Of a stretch of DNA of 32,578 nt, positions 18,381 to 31,600 are shown one piece after another. Source of the DNA: Sphaerochaeta sp. Its GTDB lineage: Bacteria > Spirochaetota > Spirochaetia > Sphaerochaetales > Sphaerochaetaceae. Both the position numbers and the translations under genes were made by a program. The stretch covers positions 1 through 32,578 of the forward strand of contig JBBADN010000001.1 of NCBI GenBank assembly GCA_041656455.1, read 5' to 3'. Under the pieces are notes generated by a model. The model searched no databases, was not told the DNA's origin, and worked only from the letters and a program-made list of their open reading frames with translations. Numbering within the stretch: the first letter of the stretch is position 1; each line of letters starts with the position of its first letter.

Positions 18381-18755
18381 TTAATTCCTCCCGCTCGCTT
18401 TTTCGTCAACGCTGACGGTAATGTGGGACATTCGCTTTAAGAGAATGTCGCGCCGACCGTGACTTCGTGGCCACACTCGCTTAAGGCGGGGGCCTTCGTT
18501 GATCTGCAAATCGGTGATCACCAGGTTCTCCTCATCAATCCTCTTATTGAGGCTCGTTGCATTTGCAGCGGCACTCTTGAGGACTTTAAGGATTAAGCCA
18601 GCGCCCTTCTGCGGCATCGCTTCGAGAATCGAAACGGCGCTCACGTAGGACTTGTGCCGAACTAAATCCGCCACGGGGCGAACTTTCGTCGGACTGACCA
18701 TCAGATACTTAGCAGTCGCGGTGTATCCTTTCTTAACTTCTTCTTTCCTAGCCAT
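18381..18755 (-). CDS. rplV: 50S ribosomal protein L22
   Basis: SPTKVRPVADLVR, SAAANA, EGPRLKR..PRSHGR. Confidence 0.97.
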   Translation of the reverse strand: MARKEEVKKGYTATAKYLMVSPTKVRPVADLVRHKSYVSAVSILEAMPQKGAGLILKVLKSAAANATSLNKRIDEENLVITDLQINEGPRLKRVWPRSHGRRDILLKRMSHITVSVDEKASGRN

Positions 18756-18757
18756 CG

Positions 18758-19033
18758 TTACCTACCTCCCTTCTTATCGGAGGCGTGACCTCGGAAAATT
18801 CGGGTGGGAGCAAACTCACCGAGCTTATGTCCAACTAAGTTCTCAGTGATGAACACTGGGACCCACGTCTTGCCGTTGTAGACGGAAACGGTGAATCCTA
18901 CCATCTCGGGGATGATCGTCGAACTTCTGGAATACGTCTTGATCATCTGCTTTTGATTTGCCTTCAGGGAATCCTGAACTCGCTTATAGAGCTTCTTTTC
19001 TACAAAAGGCCCTTTTTTGATTGATCTAGCCAC
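18758..19033 (-). CDS. rpsS: 30S ribosomal protein S19
   Basis: [27 protein letters not shown]; GTG start. Confidence 0.98.
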   Translation of the reverse strand: MARSIKKGPFVEKKLYKRVQDSLKANQKQMIKTYSRSSTIIPEMVGFTVSVYNGKTWVPVFITENLVGHKLGEFAPTRIFRGHASDKKGGR

Positions 19034-19042
19034 GTTTTACTC

Positions 19043-19867
19043 CTACTTCCGCTTCTTGACGATGAACTTGCTCGAGGGCTTCTTCTTCGACCGGGTCTTC
19101 GCACCCTTAGTGGGCTTACCCCACGGGGTCACTGGGTGACGTCCACCACTGGTCTTACCCTCACCACCACCATGGGGGTGATCGATCGGGTTCATCGCAA
19201 CACCACGCACCTTCGGTCGGCGACCTAAGTGGCGGCTCTTGCCTGCTTTACCGAGGTTCACGTTCATGTGATCTTCATTACTGAGGGTTCCAATCGTCGC
19301 GTAGCACTCGCCAAAGACCATGCGCATCTCACCGGAGGGAAGGCGGAGGGTCACATAGTCCCCTTCCTTCGCTGCAACGGTTGCGTGTCCACCGGCGGAG
19401 CGGACGAGTTGGCCACCCTTACCGAGGTTGAGTTCAACGTTGTGAACAGTCAGCCCGAGGGGAATCGCCTTCAATGGAAGGGCGTTTCCAACGGTGATCG
19501 GGGCCTCAGGGCCACTGATAACCTTCGTTCCAACTTTCATCCCTTTGGGTGCGAGCATGTAGCGCTTCTCGCCATCGGCGTAGAAGACTAAGGCGATGTT
19601 CGCAGTTCGGTTTGGATCGTATTCAATCGTCCGAACGGTGCCAGGGATTCCAACTTTATTGCGCTTGAAATCGATGATGCGATAGGCGCGCTTGTGCCCA
19701 CCACCGCGGCGGCGAACGCTGATGCGTCCGAAGCTGTCACGGCCGGCTTTCTTAGAAAGACCAGTGGTCAGCGACTTCTCCGGCTTGTTGGTGGTAATTT
19801 CACTATAATCCAGCGTGCTCTTCTGCCTGAGGGTGGGAGTATAGGGTTTATATGTCTTTAAAGCCAT
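19043..19867 (-). CDS. rplB: 50S ribosomal protein L2
   Basis: [34 protein letters not shown]. Confidence 0.98.
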   Translation of the reverse strand: MALKTYKPYTPTLRQKSTLDYSEITTNKPEKSLTTGLSKKAGRDSFGRISVRRRGGGHKRAYRIIDFKRNKVGIPGTVRTIEYDPNRTANIALVFYADGEKRYMLAPKGMKVGTKVISGPEAPITVGNALPLKAIPLGLTVHNVELNLGKGGQLVRSAGGHATVAAKEGDYVTLRLPSGEMRMVFGECYATIGTLSNEDHMNVNLGKAGKSRHLGRRPKVRGVAMNPIDHPHGGGEGKTSGGRHPVTPWGKPTKGAKTRSKKKPSSKFIVKKRK

Positions 19868-19881
19868 GATTCGCCTTCTCC

Positions 19882-20184
19882 TTATACACCTTCGATGGCC
19901 TGGATCGATTCACCCTTGGCCAACGTCACGACAGCCTTCTTCCAATCACCAGTTGTTCCTTTAATGGAACCACCCTTGGTGCGGGAGTACTTTGGCTTGC
20001 CCTTTACGATCATCACGTTACACTTCACAACATCGACTTTGAAGAGCTCATTGACCGCATCACTGATCATGTGCTTGTTTGCGTCGATGTGGACGCGGAA
20101 CGTGTACTTCTTCATTTCTGCCTCACGAGCGAGGTTACTTTTTTCACTGAGCACTGGCTCGATGATTATCTGATCTGCTCTCAT
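19882..20184 (-). CDS. rplW: 50S ribosomal protein L23
   Basis: [18 protein letters not shown]. Confidence 0.96.
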   Translation of the reverse strand: MRADQIIIEPVLSEKSNLAREAEMKKYTFRVHIDANKHMISDAVNELFKVDVVKCNVMIVKGKPKYSRTKGGSIKGTTGDWKKAVVTLAKGESIQAIEGV

Positions 20185-20825
20185 TTGCTTTGTCCTTCGG
20201 CGTCACCGTAGAAGGTGTTCAAGTTCTTTGCTGCCCCTTCAAGGACCAAGAGCTTGCGTCCATAGAGGAGCTCTTTGGCGCTGAGGCTGTTGTAGGAGAG
20301 CACGTACAGGTAGGGAATATTCTTCGCTGCCCGTCGAAGCAGTTCATCATCGTTACCAATAATGAGAATCGTGCGGCTCTCGTCGGTGACAAAGTTCTTC
20401 AGGATTGCGCTCAAATCGCGGGTCTTGCCGCTCTCGATCGTGAAATCTTCCACGACTACGAGGCGCTCATCTTGGATTCCAAGGCTCAAGAGGCTCTTCA
20501 TCGCAAGGCGCTTCATCTTCTTCGGCAGCTTATAGCTGTAATCCCGCGGCTTTGGCCCAAAGATCGTTCCACCACCGGTCCAGATCGGGCTCTTCTTATC
20601 ACCCGCTCGGGCGTTACCCGTGCCTTTCTGTTTGTACGGCTTGGCGTTACTGAAGTTTACCTCACCGCGCGTTTTCGTACTGGCGGTTCCGACTCGGCGG
20701 TTAGCCAGCTCATTGTTTACGGCGTGGTAAATCGTACCATTGCTCACTTCACGATTGAAGACGCTATCGTCCAACTCGATCGTTCTGAGCTCTTTGCCGT
20801 CAATTGAATAGACTTTCGTTTTCAT
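20181..20825 (-). CDS. rplD: 50S ribosomal protein L4
   Basis: [33 protein letters not shown]. Confidence 0.98.
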   Translation of the reverse strand: MKTKVYSIDGKELRTIELDDSVFNREVSNGTIYHAVNNELANRRVGTASTKTRGEVNFSNAKPYKQKGTGNARAGDKKSPIWTGGGTIFGPKPRDYSYKLPKKMKRLAMKSLLSLGIQDERLVVVEDFTIESGKTRDLSAILKNFVTDESRTILIIGNDDELLRRAAKNIPYLYVLSYNSLSAKELLYGRKLLVLEGAAKNLNTFYGDAEGQSK

Positions 20826-20834
20826 TTCCTGCCC

Positions 20835-21455
20835 CTACTTCTTGACCGCTTTCTTTACGATGACAACACTCTGGGCGGGACCGGGTACTGCACCCTTTAC
20901 CAAGAGGACCTGCAACTCTTCGTCAACCTTAACGACTTTCAGGTTTTGCACCGTTGTGCGCTCATTACCCATGTGGCCAGGCATTCTCGTTCCTTTGAAG
21001 GTTCGCCCAGGGGTCGCGGACATTGACGTACCACCAATACCCCGGTGGAACTTTGAACCGTGACTGGCTCGTCCTCCACCAAATCCATGGCGCTTCACAC
21101 CACCGGCGAAGCCTTTACCTTTCGAGGTTCCTGTTACATCCACAAAGGAGATTTCTTTGAATATATCCACACCTAACACATCGCCGACTTCGACTTCCGC
21201 ATCAAAGTTGCGGAACTCAACAAGGTGTTGCTTAACTTCGCTTACATCCTTGAATTGGCCAGCGTATGGTTTGGTTGTTGTACTCTTCTTTTTATCTATG
21301 GAGCCAAGCAGTGCAGCGTTGTACCCGTGCTTTTCTTCACTACGGTTCGCGACTACGACGTTGCCCTCAATTTTGATGACTGTTACGGGCGTAAGGATAC
21401 CATTGGCATCAAACACCTGCGTCATTCCAATTTTCTTGCCGATAAGCCCTAACAT
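20835..21455 (-). CDS. rplC: 50S ribosomal protein L3
   Basis: [31 protein letters not shown]. Confidence 0.98.
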   Translation of the reverse strand: MLGLIGKKIGMTQVFDANGILTPVTVIKIEGNVVVANRSEEKHGYNAALLGSIDKKKSTTTKPYAGQFKDVSEVKQHLVEFRNFDAEVEVGDVLGVDIFKEISFVDVTGTSKGKGFAGGVKRHGFGGGRASHGSKFHRGIGGTSMSATPGRTFKGTRMPGHMGNERTTVQNLKVVKVDEELQVLLVKGAVPGPAQSVVIVKKAVKK

Positions 21456-21472
21456 CTCTTACCTCAACTCTC

Positions 21473-21781
21473 TTACTGTTTAATCTCTACATCCACACCA
21501 GCAGGGAGCTCAAGCTTCATGAGGGCATCCATGACACTGGAAGTAGGTTCCAAAATGTCAATTAAACGCTTGTGTGTCCGCATTTCGAACTGTTCGCGCG
21601 ACGTCTTGTTGACAAAGGGCGATCTCAGGACCGTGTACTTGTTGATACGAGTAGGAAGGGGAACAGGCCCGCTAACGGTAGCGCCTGCCCGGACAACGGT
21701 TTCCACAATTGCTTTGGAGCTTTGTTCAACAAGCTCAACATCAAAGCCTCGGAGCCGTACTCGAATTCTCTCTTTAGCCAT
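21473..21781 (-). CDS. rpsJ: 30S ribosomal protein S10
   Basis: [23 protein letters not shown]. Start at ATG 21781 with GGAGG SD at 21786-21790. Confidence 0.97.
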   Translation of the reverse strand: MAKERIRVRLRGFDVELVEQSSKAIVETVVRAGATVSGPVPLPTRINKYTVLRSPFVNKTSREQFEMRTHKRLIDILEPTSSVMDALMKLELPAGVDVEIKQ

Positions 21782-21790
21782 TATTCCTCC

Positions 21791-21829
21791 AAAAAACAAG
21801 CCTTGCCACCACCCTGTGGTAGTGGCAAG
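21791..21829 (-). terminator. Strong hairpin with offset U-tract between tuf and rpsJ (partial terminator or stability element)
   Basis: Minus strand CTTGCCACTACC-ACAG-GGTGGTGGCAAG (12 bp, one G-U), then GCTTGTTTTTT. Confidence 0.6.
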
Positions 21830-21844
21830 ACATCCATTAATAGG

Positions 21845-23035
<1,191 letters not shown>

Positions 23036-23296
23036 CAGTTCCTCCTTGTGACGCTCCAAATGTAGTCACAAAAAAATAATTATATGCCATAAAGGCCCAA
23101 AGCCTTTACCATTTCCGGCGAGACAAACTGATTGATAGATAACAAGAAGAGGATTCCAGAGGTCGGTTGGCACCAGAGGCCCAAGCGACATAGCACATTG
23201 TTTAAAAAAACAAGCGTTCATACTGGAACCACCTTATTATCGTGATCGGATAATCGGTTTGGCCCTAATAATCCGTACGGCAGGCGTACGGACACC
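23036..23296 (-). promoter_or_regulatory. Long structured 5' leader of the tuf-S10 transcript (candidate cis-regulatory RNA)
   Basis: Several nested complementary segments found by eye (detailed in findings). Lies between a consensus promoter and the tuf SD. Confidence 0.6.
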
Positions 23297-23302
23297 TCAA
23301 GC

Positions 23303-23331
23303 AATATAAGCGAAAGGGTTTTTTATGTCAA
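23303..23331 (-). promoter_or_regulatory. Near-consensus sigma70 promoter for tuf-S10
   Basis: Minus strand TTGACA (23331-23326), 17 bp, TATATT (23308-23303). Confidence 0.82.
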
Positions 23332-23347
23332 GCGATTAAGAAGCAAT

Positions 23348-23369
23348 GCCGACCCCTTTCGAGGCCGGC
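23348..23369 (-). terminator. GAAA-tetraloop hairpin after rpsG (possible terminator)
   Basis: GCCGGCCTC-GAAA-GGGGTCGGC followed by a weak U tail (ATTGCTTCTT). Confidence 0.5.
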
Positions 23370-23379
23370 TCTATGCTTC

Positions 23380-23862
<483 letters not shown>

Positions 23863-24237
23863 TTACGCCTTTGGTCGCTTCGTTCCATACTTGGAGCGGC
23901 TGCGGCGGCGATCGTTAACACCAAGGGTGTCTTTCGCGCCACGGATAATGTGATAGCGAACACCAGGAAGGTCCTTGACCCTTCCACCACGAAGCAACAC
24001 AACAGAGTGCTCCTGGAGGTTGTGGCCAATACCGGGGATGTAGGCAGTGACTTCAATTCCATTGGAAAGGCGCACACGGGCGACCTTTCTCAAGGCAGAG
24101 TTCGGTTTCTTTGGGGTAACGGTCATCACACGGGTGCAAACACCACGCTTCTGAGGACAACCGTCAAGGGCTGGGGACTTCGTCTTATGGACGATTCTCT
24201 TACGGCCCTTTCGTACCAGCTGATTAATAGTAGGCAT
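23863..24237 (-). CDS. rpsL: 30S ribosomal protein S12
   Basis: [32 protein letters not shown]. Start at ATG 24237 with GGGAGG SD. Confidence 0.98.
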   Translation of the reverse strand: MPTINQLVRKGRKRIVHKTKSPALDGCPQKRGVCTRVMTVTPKKPNSALRKVARVRLSNGIEVTAYIPGIGHNLQEHSVVLLRGGRVKDLPGVRYHIIRGAKDTLGVNDRRRSRSKYGTKRPKA

Positions 24238-24376
24238 CTTTTGGATACCCTCCCTTATCATGTTGTGACCCGCTCCTATTCACTGAGAGGGGGTCGGTGC
24301 GCCCAACGGGCATGCACTTCATATGTGAATCCGCATCAGCATGGGAGAATGCGAAGACTGTGGCATATGATGAAAC

Positions 24377-27300
24377 TTACTCTTCATCATCCCCATAGTC
24401 ATCAGCAAAATCACCTACGGATTTCATAATCTCTTCTTCAAGATCCAAGTCATCGACCTCGACCATCTCTTGGCGACGCGCTTCCTTAACTGCATCAACT
24501 TTCTGCTGCAAGGCCAAGAGCTCTTCATCTTGAAGTTTTACGTCTCGGTACTTGCGCATACCCGTCCCGGCTGGGATGAGTTGGCCGATGATGACGTTTT
24601 CCTTCAAGCCGCGTAGCTCATCTTTACTACCAGCAATGGCAGCATTTGTCAAGACTTTGGTGGTCTCCTGGAAGGAGGCTGCGGAGATGAAGGAGTCGAT
24701 CGAGAGCGACGCTCGGGTAATACCTAAGAGGAGCGGCCGAGCAACTGCAGGCTCTCCACCTTCGGCGATTACACGATCGTTCTCTTCAAAGAAGCGGAAC
24801 TTATCAACTTGTTGGCCGTGAATGAGGTTCGTATCTCCAACGTGGGCGATCTCAACTTTGCGCAGCATTTGCCGTACGATAACACCAAGGTGCTTATCGT
24901 TGATGTGAACGCCTTGCATTCGGTAGACTTCCTGAACTTCATCGACTAAGAACGACTGAAGGGCGTTCTCCCCGAGGATATCTAAGATATCGTGGGGGTC
25001 AGTCTGACCATCACACAGTGGCTCAGACGCTTCAACGCTATCACCATCACGGACGAGGAGGTTTCGGCCCATCGGAACCATGTGCTTAAACTCATGGCCG
25101 TACGGATCAGTCACGACGATCGTTCGCTTGCCTTTGACGATGTTACCAAAGCTCACTAAGCCACTGACTTTCGCCAGGATTGCCGCGTTGCGGGGGCGGC
25201 GGGCTTCAAAGAGTTCGCCAACCCGGGGAAGACCTCCGGTAATATCCTTCGTCTTAATTCCCTCTTTCAACAACTTCGCTAAGATCATCCCCTTCGTCAC
25301 TTTTGCGTTATCGGCGATGTGGATGTACGAACCACCGGGGAGGAGGTAGACGGCGAGGACATCGCCCTTACCCTTCTTCTCGCTGGTGATCTCAATGCGC
25401 GGTTGCAGCGACTCAAGGCTGTGTTCGGTAATCTTCTTCTCGATATTACCCGTCTCTTCGTTCACCTCTTCGATCAACGTCGTGCCGAGTTTGATATCAA
25501 CAAAGGAGGCGTAGCCGCCCTCTTCTGCTAAGATCGGCTCACTGAACGGGTCGAAGGAGACAATCGCATCCTTCGCCTCGACGAAGACTCCCGTATCAAC
25601 GAGGAGCTCACTACCCGCCTTGACGGTGTGAAGGGTTGGGTGTCCCACTAAGAAGACGCGCCCGTTATCGATGCGAACAGATCCGTTCTCCTTGGAGAGG
25701 ACGTTCTTGCCCTTCTTCACGTAGATCGGCGTTCCCTTAGCAACAACCGAGCCATCCTCAACTAAGAGGCTGTCGTAGCTCCCGCTTTCAATGATTGCAT
25801 TGACGCGGAAGTACTCGATCGTCCCCTTACGGGTAAAGACGCTAATCTTATCACTCTCCCGCTCAACCCGCGATCCGTTAATCGAACCGATGATGACGGG
25901 ATAGTTAAAGGTAAGCTTATTCTCCTCAGCGCTCGTTGAGGCGGTACCACCAACGTGGAACGTTCTCATCGTCAGCTGGGTTCCCGGCTGACCGATCGAC
26001 TGAGCAGCGATAATACCAACTGCTTCACCGATGACAACAGGGCGGTTCGTGGCGAGGTTACGTCCGTAACACTTGGCACACACCCCGTGCTTCGCCTCAC
26101 AGGTGAGGACGGTTCTCAGCAGCACGCTCTCTAAGCCGGACTCTTCAATGGCGAGGGCGACCTCTTCATTGATCTCAACGTTTGCCTTAGCAAGCACTTC
26201 ACGGCTGAAGGGGTGAAGGATGTCTTCAACAGGGACGCGACCGACAATTCGCTCGCTTATGGATTCAACGATCTCATCGCCGTCCTTAATCGCACCCCGC
26301 CAAATACCGTTAATCGTATTACAATCTTCTTCATTCACCACGACGTCTTGGCTGATATCAACTAAGCGGCGGGTTAAGTATCCCGCTTCAGCGGTCTTCA
26401 GTGCGGTGTCAGAGAGACCCTTACGAGCACCGTTGGTGGAGATGAAGAACTCGATGATCGAAAGACCTTCACGGAAGTTCGACTTAATCGGGAACTCAAT
26501 AACATCACCACTGGGGCGCGCCATAAGACCACGCATACCACCGAGCTGACGAATCTGCGTCCGCGATCCCCGAGCACCGGAGTCCGCCATGAGGAAGAGG
26601 GGGTTAAAGCCCGCTTGGTCATCGCGCAGTTCTTTCATTAACTCATCGGTGAGTTGGTCGTTTGTTTGGGTCCACACCTCGATGACGCGGTTGTAGCGCT
26701 CCTCTTGGGTGATGTGCCCTTGGCGATACTGCTCCATGATCCGCTGCTGCTCTAAGCTCGCCTTCTCCATCAACGCTTCTTTTGCGTGGGGAACGAGCAT
26801 ATCGGAGAGACCAATCGTCGCTCCAAAGAGGGTGGCGTACTTGTAGCCGATATCCTTAATTGCATCGAGCATCTCAACAGCGATCGAGTTCTTATTCGCC
26901 TTAAGCGTATCCCCAATGAGGGCCCTGAGCTCCTTATCCCCGAGGTTCATGTTCTGGAAAGGAACACTCTTCGGAAGAACGGAGTTAAAGATCACCCGAC
27001 CAGGGGTCGTGATCACTTTCTCACCGCTGGGGAGGCGGAAGCGAATCTTCGCGTTGTGGGAGAGCAGGCCACTATCGATTGCGTTTTCAATTTCCCCAAT
27101 CGAGTCGTAGTACTTATTCTCCCCCGCTGCTCCATCGAGCTCCCGGGTGAGGTAGTTAATGCCAAGAACCATATCCTGAGAAGGATAGACGATCGGCTTG
27201 CCGTTTGCGGGGTCGAGGAGGTTGGTGACACTGAGCATCAGCGTCCAGCTCTCCATCTGGGCGGCGTGGGTCAGCGGTACGTGAACCGCCATTTGGTCGC

Positions 27301-28657
27301 CGTCAAAGTCCGCGTTGTATGCGTGACATACTAAGGGGTGAAGCTTAATCGCCTTCCCATCCACTAAGACTGGATCAAACGCCTGGATTCCCAAGCGGTG
27401 GAGCGTCGGAGCACGGTTTAAGAGAACCGGGTGCTCTTTAACAACCTCATCGAGGATTGCCCAAACCGCATCGGTCTCTTCTTCAACTAAGCTCTTCGCT
27501 TTCTTAATATTATAGACAACGCCGTCTTGGACGAGCTTCTTCATGATGAAGGGCTTGTAGAGCTCTAAGGCCATCTTCGAGGGAAGACCACACTGGTGCA
27601 TCCTCAGCTCCGGACCAACAACGATAACCGAGCGACCGGAGTAGTCAACACGCTTACCAAGGAGGTTCTGTCGGAAGCGACCTTGCTTTCCTTTGAGCAT
27701 ATCCGAGAGACTCTTCAGCGGACGGTTCGAAGCACCCTTGACAACTCGCTTGCGCTTGGAGTTATCAAAGAGGGCGTCTACCGCTTCTTGGAGCATTCGC
27801 TTTTCGTTCCGGATGATGATATCCGGGGCGTTTAACTTCACTAAACGGTCGAGGCGGTTGTTTCGGTTAATCACTCGGCGGTAGAGGTCGTTTAAGTCAC
27901 TGGTGGCAAAGCGCCCACCGTCGAGTTGAACCATTGGCCTCAAATCAGGGGGAATAACAGGAATCACGGTGAGGATCATCCACTCCGGCTTATTGCCGCT
28001 GTCGCGGAAGTTCTCACACACTTCAATGCGTTTTAAGAGGCGCTTATCCGCCTTATCCGCCTTTTGGCGCATCTGCTCACGCAAATCGCGGCTGAGCTCT
28101 TCTAAGTTGAGGTTCGTTAAAAGCTTCTTAACCGCCTCAGCGCCCATGCCTGCTTCAAAGGAGTCGCCAAATTGATCACGCGCATCCCAGTACTCCTCTT
28201 CAGTGAGGAGCTGCTTCGGCTTAAGCGTCGTATCGCCACTGTTAATGACGACGTACTTTTCATAGTAGAGGATCGACTGCAGGGCGTTGCGGGTAATATC
28301 TAAGAGCATGCTCATCCGGGAAGGAACGGAGCGGTAGTACCAGATGTGGCTTACCGGAGCGGCGAGGCTGATGTGCCCCATGCGCTCGCGCCGAACCTTC
28401 GTATTGGTAACCTCAACGTTACAGCGGTCACAGATAACACCCTTGTAGCGAATGGATTTGAACTTTCCGCAGTGGCACTCCCACTCCTTCGTCGTTCCAA
28501 AAATCCGCTCACAGAAGAGACCATCACGCTCTGGTCGTAAGGTGCGGTAGTTAATTGTTTCAGGCTTCTTAACCTCACCGTACGACCAGCTTTTGATCTG
28601 CTCCGGGGAGGCGAGCTTAATCATGATGGAATCGAATTCTTGTATCTCTCTCATCAC
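24377..28657 (-). CDS. rpoC: RNA polymerase beta' subunit
   Basis: Catalytic NADFDGDQM, Zn finger C.CGK...[24 protein letters not shown]...DITGGLPRV. Start 28657 or 28654. Confidence 0.99.
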   Translation of the reverse strand: MMREIQEFDSIMIKLASPEQIKSWSYGEVKKPETINYRTLRPERDGLFCERIFGTTKEWECHCGKFKSIRYKGVICDRCNVEVTNTKVRRERMGHISLAAPVSHIWYYRSVPSRMSMLLDITRNALQSILYYEKYVVINSGDTTLKPKQLLTEEEYWDARDQFGDSFEAGMGAEAVKKLLTNLNLEELSRDLREQMRQKADKADKRLLKRIEVCENFRDSGNKPEWMILTVIPVIPPDLRPMVQLDGGRFATSDLNDLYRRVINRNNRLDRLVKLNAPDIIIRNEKRMLQEAVDALFDNSKRKRVVKGASNRPLKSLSDMLKGKQGRFRQNLLGKRVDYSGRSVIVVGPELRMHQCGLPSKMALELYKPFIMKKLVQDGVVYNIKKAKSLVEEETDAVWAILDEVVKEHPVLLNRAPTLHRLGIQAFDPVLVDGKAIKLHPLVCHAYNADFDGDQMAVHVPLTHAAQMESWTLMLSVTNLLDPANGKPIVYPSQDMVLGINYLTRELDGAAGENKYYDSIGEIENAIDSGLLSHNAKIRFRLPSGEKVITTPGRVIFNSVLPKSVPFQNMNLGDKELRALIGDTLKANKNSIAVEMLDAIKDIGYKYATLFGATIGLSDMLVPHAKEALMEKASLEQQRIMEQYRQGHITQEERYNRVIEVWTQTNDQLTDELMKELRDDQAGFNPLFLMADSGARGSRTQIRQLGGMRGLMARPSGDVIEFPIKSNFREGLSIIEFFISTNGARKGLSDTALKTAEAGYLTRRLVDISQDVVVNEEDCNTINGIWRGAIKDGDEIVESISERIVGRVPVEDILHPFSREVLAKANVEINEEVALAIEESGLESVLLRTVLTCEAKHGVCAKCYGRNLATNRPVVIGEAVGIIAAQSIGQPGTQLTMRTFHVGGTASTSAEENKLTFNYPVIIGSINGSRVERESDKISVFTRKGTIEYFRVNAIIESGSYDSLLVEDGSVVAKGTPIYVKKGKNVLSKENGSVRIDNGRVFLVGHPTLHTVKAGSELLVDTGVFVEAKDAIVSFDPFSEPILAEEGGYASFVDIKLGTTLIEEVNEETGNIEKKITEHSLESLQPRIEITSEKKGKGDVLAVYLLPGGSYIHIADNAKVTKGMILAKLLKEGIKTKDITGGLPRVGELFEARRPRNAAILAKVSGLVSFGNIVKGKRTIVVTDPYGHEFKHMVPMGRNLLVRDGDSVEASEPLCDGQTDPHDILDILGENALQSFLVDEVQEVYRMQGVHINDKHLGVIVRQMLRKVEIAHVGDTNLIHGQQVDKFRFFEENDRVIAEGGEPAVARPLLLGITRASLSIDSFISAASFQETTKVLTNAAIAGSKDELRGLKENVIIGQLIPAGTGMRKYRDVKLQDEELLALQQKVDAVKEARRQEMVEVDDLDLEEEIMKSVGDFADDYGDDEE

Positions 28658-28665
28658 TATTCTCC

Positions 28666-31600
28666 TTAGTTCACCGAGCCTTGACTCTGCTTCGTCAATA
28701 ACTCTTCGTCACGCTCGGTAAGGGGCACCAAGTTTCCATGGGCATCGTAGACGGACATATCAAGCGCAAGACCGCGAATCTCCTGGACTAAGACGTTAAA
28801 TGCCTCAGGCATTCCGGCTGTCGTCGCTGGCTCACCTTTGACGATCGATTCGTAGATCTTCACCCGGCCATTCATATCATCACTCTTAATGGTGAGGAGT
28901 TCTTGGAGGGTGTTCGCAGCTCCGTACGCCTCAAGGGCCCACACTTCCATTTCACCAAGACGCTGACCACCAAACTGCGCTTTACCGCCGAGGGGTTGCT
29001 GCGTCACGAGCGAGTACGGACCGGTGGAACGGGCGTGCATCTTATCATCAACAAGGTGGTGGAGCTTCAGGTAGTAGATGTAGCCACAGAACACAGGGTT
29101 CACAAAGGGAACACCAGTCTGCCCATCGTAGAGAACCGTCTTAGAGTTCTCCGGAAGGCCAGCCTTCTGCATCTCTTCTTCAAGCTGCTCCATCGTCGCA
29201 CTTTGGAAGACAGGGGTGGAGTACCATCGATCGAGGGCCACCGCCGCCCAACCAAGCTGCGTTTCCATCAACTGACCGATATTCATTCGGGACGGAACAC
29301 CGAGGGGGTTGAGGCACACATCTAAGGGAGTCCCATCTTCCATGAACGGCATATCCTCTTCGGGGAGGATCCGGGAGACAACACCCTTGTTTCCGTGTCG
29401 ACCTGCCATCTTATCCCCTTGGCGAAGCTTGCGCTTCGTGGCGATTAAGACTTTCACCGTCTCTTCAACACCGGGGGGAAGCTCATCGTTATTGCTGCGC
29501 TTCAGGCGCTGGATGTCGATGATCGTCCCTTCTGTTCCGTGGGGAACCTTCAGGGAGGTGTCGCGCACCTCTTTCGCCTTCTCGCCGAAGATCGAGTTAA
29601 GCAGTTTAAACTCAGGGGTCGTATCACTCTCACTCTTGGGAGTCACTTTACCGACTAAGATCGAGCCAGGGCGAACCGTTGCACCAACGCGAACGATTCC
29701 ATCGGCGTCGAGCTGCTCAAGCATCTTCTCACTCGTGTTGGGAATATCCCGGGTGAGTTTCTCCGGTCCGAGCTTAGTCTCACGAATATCGGTGGTGAAC
29801 TCTTTAATGTGGACACTGGTGAAGATGTCATCTTTTACCACGCGCTCACTGATGAGGACGGCGTCCTCATAGTTGTAGCCGTGCCACGGCACGAAGCCAA
29901 CGAGGATGTTTCGTCCTAAGGCGAGCTCGCCTTGCTGGGTTGCCGGACCATCGGCGATGACTTGGCCCGCATCAACGCTTTGGCCAAGGTCGACGATTGG
30001 CTTTTGGTTAAAGCACGTGTCTTGGTTGGTTCGTTCAAACTTCTGAATCTCATACACATCAACTTCGCCTTCAATTTCAGCTTCAGTTGGAGTGATGATA
30101 ATCTTTTCGCTCGAAACGTAGGTAACAACGCCACCGCGATTTGCCTTCAAAAGGACCCCAGAGTCGTAGGCGGTCTTACTTTCCATTCCCGTTCCAACGC
30201 GCGGCGTCTCAGGAAAGACGAGGGGAACGGCTTGGCGCTGCATGTTCGAACCCATCAGAGCTCGGTTCGCATCGTCGTGTTCAAGGAAGGGAATTAAGGA
30301 AGCGGCAACACTGATAACCTGCTTCGGAGAGATATCCATGTACTTGATATCTTCTGGAGCGCGGGTGGAGTAGTCTCCACTGTGACGAACTGGAACTTCT
30401 GTATCGAGGAACTCACCCTTTTCGTTAAAGGGGGCACTCGCCTGGGCGATGAAGAACTTCTCTTCATCGTTCGCATCGAGGAAGCGGTATTGGTCAGTGA
30501 CCTTCCCATCAACAACGCGGCGGTACGGCGTCTCTAAGAAGCCGTGGCGGTTGATCCGGGTGTAGTTCGCCAGGGAGACGATCAAGCCAATATTCGGACC
30601 TTCAGGGGTCTCGATCGGACAGATTCGCCCGTAGTGGGTGTAGTGAACGTCGCGAACTTCAAAGCCTGCACGGTCGCGGGAAAGACCACCAGGGCCTAAG
30701 GCGTTAAGCCGGCGCTTGTGGGTTAGCTCAGCAAGGGGGTTAACTTGGTCCATGAACTGCGAGAGCTGAGATGATCCAAAGAACTCCTTGATCGCCGCGA
30801 CAATCGGCTTAATCGAGATTAAGTCTTGCGGCTTCACTGAGCCCGTCTCAAGGTTCATCCGCTCCTTAGCGATTCGCTCCATGCGAGCGAAGGCACCACG
30901 AAGGGCGTTCTGCAGGAGCTCCCCAACAGATCGAACCCGACGGTTACCGAGGTGGTCGATGTCATCGACGTTCGCTTCGTGGATGAAGACCTTAATGAGG
31001 TAGTTCATCGTATTGGTGATATCTTGGGGGGTGAGGACTGTCAGATCATCGACTTGGGCATCATCATCCTCGGTACCATCACCGAACTTCTTATTAAACT
31101 TATAGCGACCAACTGAGCCGAGGTCGTAGCGGCGGGAGGAGAAGAACATATCAGGAAGGTCCTTCTCGGCGCGCTCGATCGCAATCATCTCACCGGGCAT
31201 TAAGACACTGAAGATTGGGCTTAAGACATCTTCCTTCGTCGGCTCATCATAGCCTTCGCGGGTGTACTTTGCATCTTCAATCTCAAAGCAGTTGAGGATG
31301 ATCTCGCTGTGGAGCGTCCCCTCCCCTTTAATATCAACGAGGCTGATACTCTTCACCCCAAGGCCGAAGAGCTCATCGATCTCGTGAGCGTGGAGAAGGT
31401 CTCCAGCGCGGAGGACTTTCTTTTCTTCGCCGTCGATCGTTGCATAGACGTCCTTCGCGAGATAGCGGTTTTCTAACGTCGCCTTCATCTCTGGATCATC
31501 AATTAAATCGACCACTTCGTGTGTATAGAACGCATCGATAATCTTCTCGCGGCTGTCGTAGCCAATCGCCCGAAGGAGTAAGCTTCCTAAGATTCGCTTC

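Noticed and set aside
23036-23059. Upstream in-frame starts in the ORF track for tuf (23059), rpsJ (21799), rpsL (24261) and rplX (16393)
   Set aside because: The downstream ATGs have well-spaced SDs and give the conserved N-termini.
23152-23230. Three-way junction as a purine riboswitch (UAUGA...CUAU...CCGAC resemblance) or as 6S RNA/tRNA
   Set aside because: Lacks the purine-riboswitch kissing loops and UUUCUAC junction, has no T-loop GTTCRA or cloverleaf, and no clear 6S central bubble. The tuf context does not fit.
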